Shown here: positions 59,186-64,000 of the stretch, piece after piece
Position numbering within the stretch: position 1 is the first letter of the stretch
Layout of the letters: each line of letters begins with the position of its first letter
NCBI GenBank assembly: GCA_965198235.1
Contig: OZ240248.1
Span: 160,001 to 224,000, forward strand
From: Candidatus Poribacteria bacterium
GTDB lineage: Bacteria; Poribacteria; WGA-4E; WGA-3G
Length of the DNA: 64,000 bases
Direction of reading: 5' to 3'
Position numbers and translations under genes: made by a program
Notes under the pieces: generated by a model
Seen by the model: only the letters and a program-made list of their open reading frames with translations
Databases searched by the model: none
Told to the model about the DNA's origin: nothing

Positions 59186-59572
59186 ATGGATGGGTATTAC
59201 GGCATTGGGGAAGTTTTCGTTAAAGTTGCAAACCTTGAGCGAGCAGCGGAGTTTTACCGAGATCTGCTCGGATTTGAAGTCGTGGAACGCAACAATCAGC
59301 AGCTTTATATCTATTTAGCAAGTGGACATCTTGTCCTCAAGGAAGCCGGAAGTCCCGGGCATGATGCAGGTGGACCCATGCACTTCGCTTTTGTGACAAG
59401 CACAGAACGGATTAACCAACTCGTCGAACAATTCGCAACTTTACCTTATCGCACTCGCGGTCCCTTTGATTTTGATGACCCGATCGGCAAATGTCGGGCT
59501 TTCTTCATCTTTGATCCGGACGGAAACGAAATTGAGTTTAATGATCTCTACTGTCCAGACAATTCGACTTAG
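59186..59572 (+). CDS. VOC/glyoxalase family protein
   Basis: FY.DLLGF, HFAF, DPDGNEIE. Confidence 0.9.
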   Translation: MDGYYGIGEVFVKVANLERAAEFYRDLLGFEVVERNNQQLYIYLASGHLVLKEAGSPGHDAGGPMHFAFVTSTERINQLVEQFATLPYRTRGPFDFDDPIGKCRAFFIFDPDGNEIEFNDLYCPDNST

Positions 59573-59604
59573 GAACTGTTACCGTATCATGAGGAAAACC
59601 TAAA

Positions 59605-60399
59605 ATGCTGACCCGTTCAGAAATCGATGCTTTTGTTGAAGATGGCTATATTGTTCGTAGGGACGCGCTTTCCGAAACAGACCTCCAATCCTATCGGCGT
59701 GCAATTGATCGCGTCCTCCATAAGTGCCGTGTTGAAGGGTTACACGCCGATCACCTACGCTATATAGACGGCGAACGCGATGACATCTGGGGTGTCAATA
59801 ACATTTTTCACCCAAGCGTTCGTGAGCAAGCACTTGTTGACGCGCTGTCACACCCGCAGATATTAGATGTCATTGAAGCACTTATTGGGCAAAGGTTAAG
59901 GTATCACCTCTGCACTCTTCTCGTCAGTTCTGAACGGAAACCGTATCACATCAACTGGCATCGGGATGCCGCATCCGATGGAGAAGTGCCGCTTGAGACC
60001 CTCCGCCGTCGTCTCAGAAGCCACGTTCAACTCAACGGTGCCCTTTATGACGATGAGACCCTTCACATTGTACCGGGTAGCCACCGACGCGAACTCACAG
60101 ATGCTGAACGCACTGTCATACGACAGACACCAAAGGCAGCGATGCCCAACGAACTCATAGTCAAACTGAAAACCGGGGACATCGTCTTTTACAATTCAAG
60201 TCTGCTTCACAAAGGATGCAACCTTACGGACTCAAAGCGGCAGACGCTTCACTACGCTGTTCTCACTGCACCGCCGGAGAACGAACCCCCGAATCCACAG
60301 AGTCCGACCAGTCAGGAATGGCTCAACGAACCCACTTTTTTAGGAAGCCTCCCCGAACGACTCAAACTGCTTTTTGACAATTGGTTAAAATATGGATAA
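59605..60399 (+). CDS. PhyH-family dioxygenase
   Basis: WHRD, VPGSHRR, GD, LLHKG, R.TLH. Confidence 0.9.
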   Translation: MLTRSEIDAFVEDGYIVRRDALSETDLQSYRRAIDRVLHKCRVEGLHADHLRYIDGERDDIWGVNNIFHPSVREQALVDALSHPQILDVIEALIGQRLRYHLCTLLVSSERKPYHINWHRDAASDGEVPLETLRRRLRSHVQLNGALYDDETLHIVPGSHRRELTDAERTVIRQTPKAAMPNELIVKLKTGDIVFYNSSLLHKGCNLTDSKRQTLHYAVLTAPPENEPPNPQSPTSQEWLNEPTFLGSLPERLKLLFDNWLKYG

Positions 60400-60432
60400 C
60401 TATCTCAGAGGTTCTTCTGTTACGCTGTACCC

Positions 60433-61173
60433 TTAAGTTTTATGGCAAATCATCGCGGTGACCCAACAGAATCGTTTGAAGAATGGAAGGCATTTGAGGA
60501 GAGATGTATCAATCGCTTTGAGGATGCGGAGGCTCCACCGATAAAATAGTGGGATAGAAATGCATTTCTGCCAGAACAATGCACCCACTGCGGAGAGATG
60601 AAACTCACGATGCTCCAACTTATCAAATTCAGTACCGACCGTTTCGATGTCCCTTACTGCAAAATAACGCAGCTTGCCGGAATACTTCAGGAACATTTTC
60701 CGATACAACCACACCATCGGATGATAGCGCATATTTTCCATGAAAATCACCTTGCCCCCCGGCTTGAGAACGCGGTAGCACTCTTTTGCAGTTTGCCGAT
60801 GATCTGTGAAAACCAATACGGATTTAGAGATGATAAAATCGAAGGTATTTTCAGGAAAGGCGAGGTGCGTCGCGTCCACCAGTGCGAAATTAACTGCCTC
60901 AGCGACGTTGTGTTCCACTGCTCGCGCCTGCGCTTCAGCGAGTCGAAAAGGCAGTAAATCTATTCCGACGACAAAAGCACCCCGTTTCGCCAACAGCGTC
61001 GCAGTGCCTCCTGTACCGGTACCGAGTTCAAGAACCTTTTTCCCTTCCAACGTCCCCATTTTCGGAAGGACGTACTCGAAAACGGGGAGGTAGAAATCTT
61101 CCCACCAGAGCAAAAGGTCTGTCTCAACAGTATCGGAACGACCGGTAGGTCGCTGTCCTTTAAGTGTCAACAT
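60433..61173 (-). CDS. Class I SAM-dependent methyltransferase; start uncertain
   Basis: VLELGTGTGG, GID, FPENTFD, RVLKPGG. Confidence 0.85.
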   Translation of the reverse strand: MLTLKGQRPTGRSDTVETDLLLWWEDFYLPVFEYVLPKMGTLEGKKVLELGTGTGGTATLLAKRGAFVVGIDLLPFRLAEAQARAVEHNVAEAVNFALVDATHLAFPENTFDFIISKSVLVFTDHRQTAKECYRVLKPGGKVIFMENMRYHPMVWLYRKMFLKYSGKLRYFAVRDIETVGTEFDKLEHREFHLSAVGALFWQKCISIPLFYRWSLRILKAIDTSLLKCLPFFKRFCWVTAMICHKT

Positions 61174-61191
61174 ATTTTTGGATTTTAGCAT

Positions 61192-61290
61192 AAAAAGCGC
61201 GTAGCTTGAAACGAAGTGGAAAGCGGGTCTACGGGAAGGCACTTTCAATCCGCAACCCGCCTCAACGAACCGCAAGGAAAATTAAGAAAT
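61192..61290 (+). repeat. Family B repeat overlapping the stop of the isomerase gene
   Basis: GTAGCTT-GAAACGAAGTGGA-AAGCGG...CCGCAAGGAAAATTAAGAAA. Confidence 0.8.
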
Positions 61291-62043
61291 TTTCCCCATT
61301 TTTCGTAGATTTTCGATGCAGCGTTCAGCGCATTCAATAGGCGGGTAGGCGTAACTTTCCTGCTCAACAATGTACCATTCGGTGCCACCGACGGTTTCAC
61401 AGGCGTGGAACACAGCATCCCACGGAATTTCACCTTCACCGACGTTTGCCTTATCATTCGTGGCGGAATACTCTTTAAGGTGCACCAATTTCGATCTGCC
61501 CGGATAGCGTTCAATAAACGACACAGGATCAGCACCGGCGCGAAGGGCATGACCGATGTCAATTTGCATCACGACATCGTCGCCGGTGTTACCACCAAAC
61601 GTATCCCACGGGAGTTTACCTTCCATGGGTTCAAATTCACCGGTGTGGTTGTGGTAACCGGTAAACATCCCTTGGTCAGCGATTTTTTCGGCAATATCGT
61701 TGAGGAGTTTTGCTGTGTCGAGCCATGCCTGCTGTGAACTTCGGTACTCTTCAGGGAGTCCGGGGACAATCAGATACGGATTGCCGAGCCCCTTGTTGAA
61801 CTCAACCGTTTTGGCGAGTTCGTCACCGAGAAGTGTGTCTATCCCTGTATGCGTCCCGGCAACTTTCAATCCGAGGTCATCACACATCCCGCGTAATTCT
61901 TCGGCAGTCCGGTCATAGTAACCGGCAAACTCAACACCCTCATAACCCATCTGTGCAACCGCTTGGAGCGTTAAAGATAGGTCGCCTGCACAATCATCTC
62001 TAACGGAATACAGTTGTAACGCAATCGGAATTCTATTGCTCAT
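61282..62043 (-). CDS. Sugar phosphate isomerase/epimerase (xylose isomerase-like TIM barrel)
   Basis: LQLYSVR, GVEFAG, YHNH..EF, HLK, VEQE. Confidence 0.9.
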   Translation of the reverse strand: MSNRIPIALQLYSVRDDCAGDLSLTLQAVAQMGYEGVEFAGYYDRTAEELRGMCDDLGLKVAGTHTGIDTLLGDELAKTVEFNKGLGNPYLIVPGLPEEYRSSQQAWLDTAKLLNDIAEKIADQGMFTGYHNHTGEFEPMEGKLPWDTFGGNTGDDVVMQIDIGHALRAGADPVSFIERYPGRSKLVHLKEYSATNDKANVGEGEIPWDAVFHACETVGGTEWYIVEQESYAYPPIECAERCIENLRKMGKIS

Positions 62044-62096
62044 AAAGCTCTCCTGACGTTCCTATGGGCGCGGTCTGAAACCGCACCCGTAACACT

Positions 62097-63116
62097 TTAC
62101 GACATCGGTAAGTTCACGACTTGTCCGCTATCTGCTGACACCAGCCCGGCTTCGAGGATTTCTTGGGCATCCCGACTCACTTTGGCACTACACAGTCCTT
62201 CGATCGGTTCGCCTGTCTCTAAGCAGTGAATGAAGTATTCCGCAGCGCTGCGTTTGCCTTCAGCGAGTGGTTCAGGCGTTATCACTTGGGCATCACCATC
62301 AGCCGGATGCAAATGAACTTCGTTACCGCTTACCATCAACGCCCCCTCAGTGCCATAAACCACTGGATTCGGTGTGATATAGCCAACCTTTTGGGTCCAA
62401 GATGCTTCCGTGAGTCCGAAGGCATTACCATATTTCATGAGAATGACGGCATTATCATCAGGAATCGGGTAGTCCTTGACGAAGGTGCCACGGAACGCTG
62501 TTACCTGCTGTGGCAGACCGAGGAGGTACGCACACATATCAGCACAATAACAGCAGTAATCCATCAACGCACCCGCACCATTTTTTTCTTCATCGTAGAG
62601 CCACTCATAGAAGTAGCGAGAGCATCCAATTTCCATCGGTCCGTTGTGCGCGGAACGCCACTTGAAATAGAAAATGTCGCCAATCTCGCCATCTTTGATG
62701 AGATTCATTGCGGTGTTGAGCACTGGACTCCATGCCGTGGGCCAGTTCACCATCAATAAGGTGCCAGCGTTCTCCGCGGCGGCAAGCATCCGATCTGCTT
62801 GCGAGAGTCGCGCCGCCATCGGCTTTTCGGATACGACGTGGATACCTTTCGCCGCTGCAGCCTCGACGATGTCAACTCCAGCGTTGTTCTCCGCTGACGC
62901 TTGGACAATATCTAATTCCTCTTTCTCCACCATTTCTTGCCAAGAGTTATAGACATTCTCGATACCGACTTCTGCGCTGAACTGGGCGCGCAATTCCGCA
63001 TTGACATCGCCTGCGGCGACAATTTCAACGTTTGGATGTGCTTTCCAGTCGCGAAGTTCACCCCATACATGGTCATGCACGAGAGACGCGAAGCCGATGC
63101 GATACGTTTTTGCCAT
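62097..63116 (-). CDS. Gfo/Idh/MocA-family oxidoreductase
   Basis: EKPMA, GEIG, GAGALMD. Confidence 0.9.
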   Translation of the reverse strand: MAKTYRIGFASLVHDHVWGELRDWKAHPNVEIVAAGDVNAELRAQFSAEVGIENVYNSWQEMVEKEELDIVQASAENNAGVDIVEAAAAKGIHVVSEKPMAARLSQADRMLAAAENAGTLLMVNWPTAWSPVLNTAMNLIKDGEIGDIFYFKWRSAHNGPMEIGCSRYFYEWLYDEEKNGAGALMDYCCYCADMCAYLLGLPQQVTAFRGTFVKDYPIPDDNAVILMKYGNAFGLTEASWTQKVGYITPNPVVYGTEGALMVSGNEVHLHPADGDAQVITPEPLAEGKRSAAEYFIHCLETGEPIEGLCSAKVSRDAQEILEAGLVSADSGQVVNLPMS

Positions 63117-63168
63117 TAATCATGCCTCCTGTGGACGCGCTTGGAACGCGCGATCTTCTTGAAATTGT

Positions 63169-64000
63169 TTATTCTTCAGCTCGAATCGCAATTTTAATCG
63201 CTGTTTCACCTTCAATACGGTAGCCACCGTCAAGTGCCTTAAATCCGTCCCCGACCTGTGAGAGTGGCAGCTGATGGCTAATCATGTCAGCGAACGGTAA
63301 ATCGCTCTGTTCAAGGAGTGGTAAGCCGCGGACAAAGTGCTCATAACTGCTTCCCCAAATAGCCTCGACGCGAAGGTTTTTGCGCATCAATAATTGGTTG
63401 ATGTTAAAATCAATTGAACCCATGTCAACGAAGTGACCGACTTCAACAAAAGTACCACTGCGTCGGGTGTACCCTAATCCTTCCGGCGTGGCAGGGAGAA
63501 AACCTGCACATTCAAAAACAACGTCCGCCCCCTCTTTGCGTGGTGTTTCGGCTTGCACGAGTTCCGTCCGTTCTTCGGCAGTGGTAACTTCCTCAATGTT
63601 AATTGTTACGTCGGCACCGAGCCGTTTCGCGAGTTCTAATCGTCCAGCGGGTCCGCCGACCATAATCACTTTTGCGGCACCGCTCAATTTCGCACAGGCA
63701 AGCGTCACGAGCCCGATAGCACCCGAACCCTGCACAACGACGGTGTCACCGAGTTTGATTTCACCCCGCATTGCGGCGTGAACGCCGATAGTAAACGGCT
63801 CTGTCAGCACAGCAACCTCAGGCGACGCATCGGTTTTGATAAAGCAAGTGTTTGGATAGTTGAGATACATATAATCCGCAAACCCGCCGCGAAAATGTGG
63901 TGCCTCATCTGGATTCCACTGAAAACCGTAAGCACCATAGTTTGTTCCGGGTGCGAAGATAACCCTGTCCCCCTCTTTAACCGGTTTACCCACATAATCG
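63169..64000 (-). CDS. Zn-binding dehydrogenase (MDR family), 5' end beyond the window
   Basis: GGFADY, QGSGAIG, DVVFECAG. Confidence 0.88.
   Translation of the reverse strand, partial: DYVGKPVKEGDRVIFAPGTNYGAYGFQWNPDEAPHFRGGFADYMYLNYPNTCFIKTDASPEVAVLTEPFTIGVHAAMRGEIKLGDTVVVQGSGAIGLVTLACAKLSGAAKVIMVGGPAGRLELAKRLGADVTINIEEVTTAEERTELVQAETPRKEGADVVFECAGFLPATPEGLGYTRRSGTFVEVGHFVDMGSIDFNINQLLMRKNLRVEAIWGSSYEHFVRGLPLLEQSDLPFADMISHQLPLSQVGDGFKALDGGYRIEGETAIKIAIRAEE

Overview
A 64-kb bacterial chromosomal window. Gene content points by inference to Candidatus Poribacteria (sponge-symbiont type): four PhyH dioxygenases, LamG proteins ending in GKLATTW, a TPR + ASPIC/UnbV pair and an FGE-domain protein. 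Housekeeping content: an 11-gene nuoABCD-HIJKLMN complex I operon without nuoEFG, purF/purM, tRNA-Gln and tRNA-Glu, two TonB-dependent receptors, tonB, and many sugar/polyol oxidoreductases. Mobile and defence content: a stand-alone TnpB with a rearranged RuvC site (cut by the left edge); an intact IS701-family element with a MITE derived from it; several GTAG/REP-like repeat families, one showing base-pair covariation; HicAB and DUF433 modules and debris; an orphan DNA methyltransferase; and an ABC-ATPase plus putative nuclease pair. Most notable: a PhyH enzyme with H-x-A instead of H-x-D (halogenase-like), a candidate two-gene defence system, an orphan N-terminally truncated FliG inside the purine operon, NuoI with an inserted domain, and a conserved-loop hairpin before nuoJ and nuoL. 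All calls were made by eye, with no database searches.
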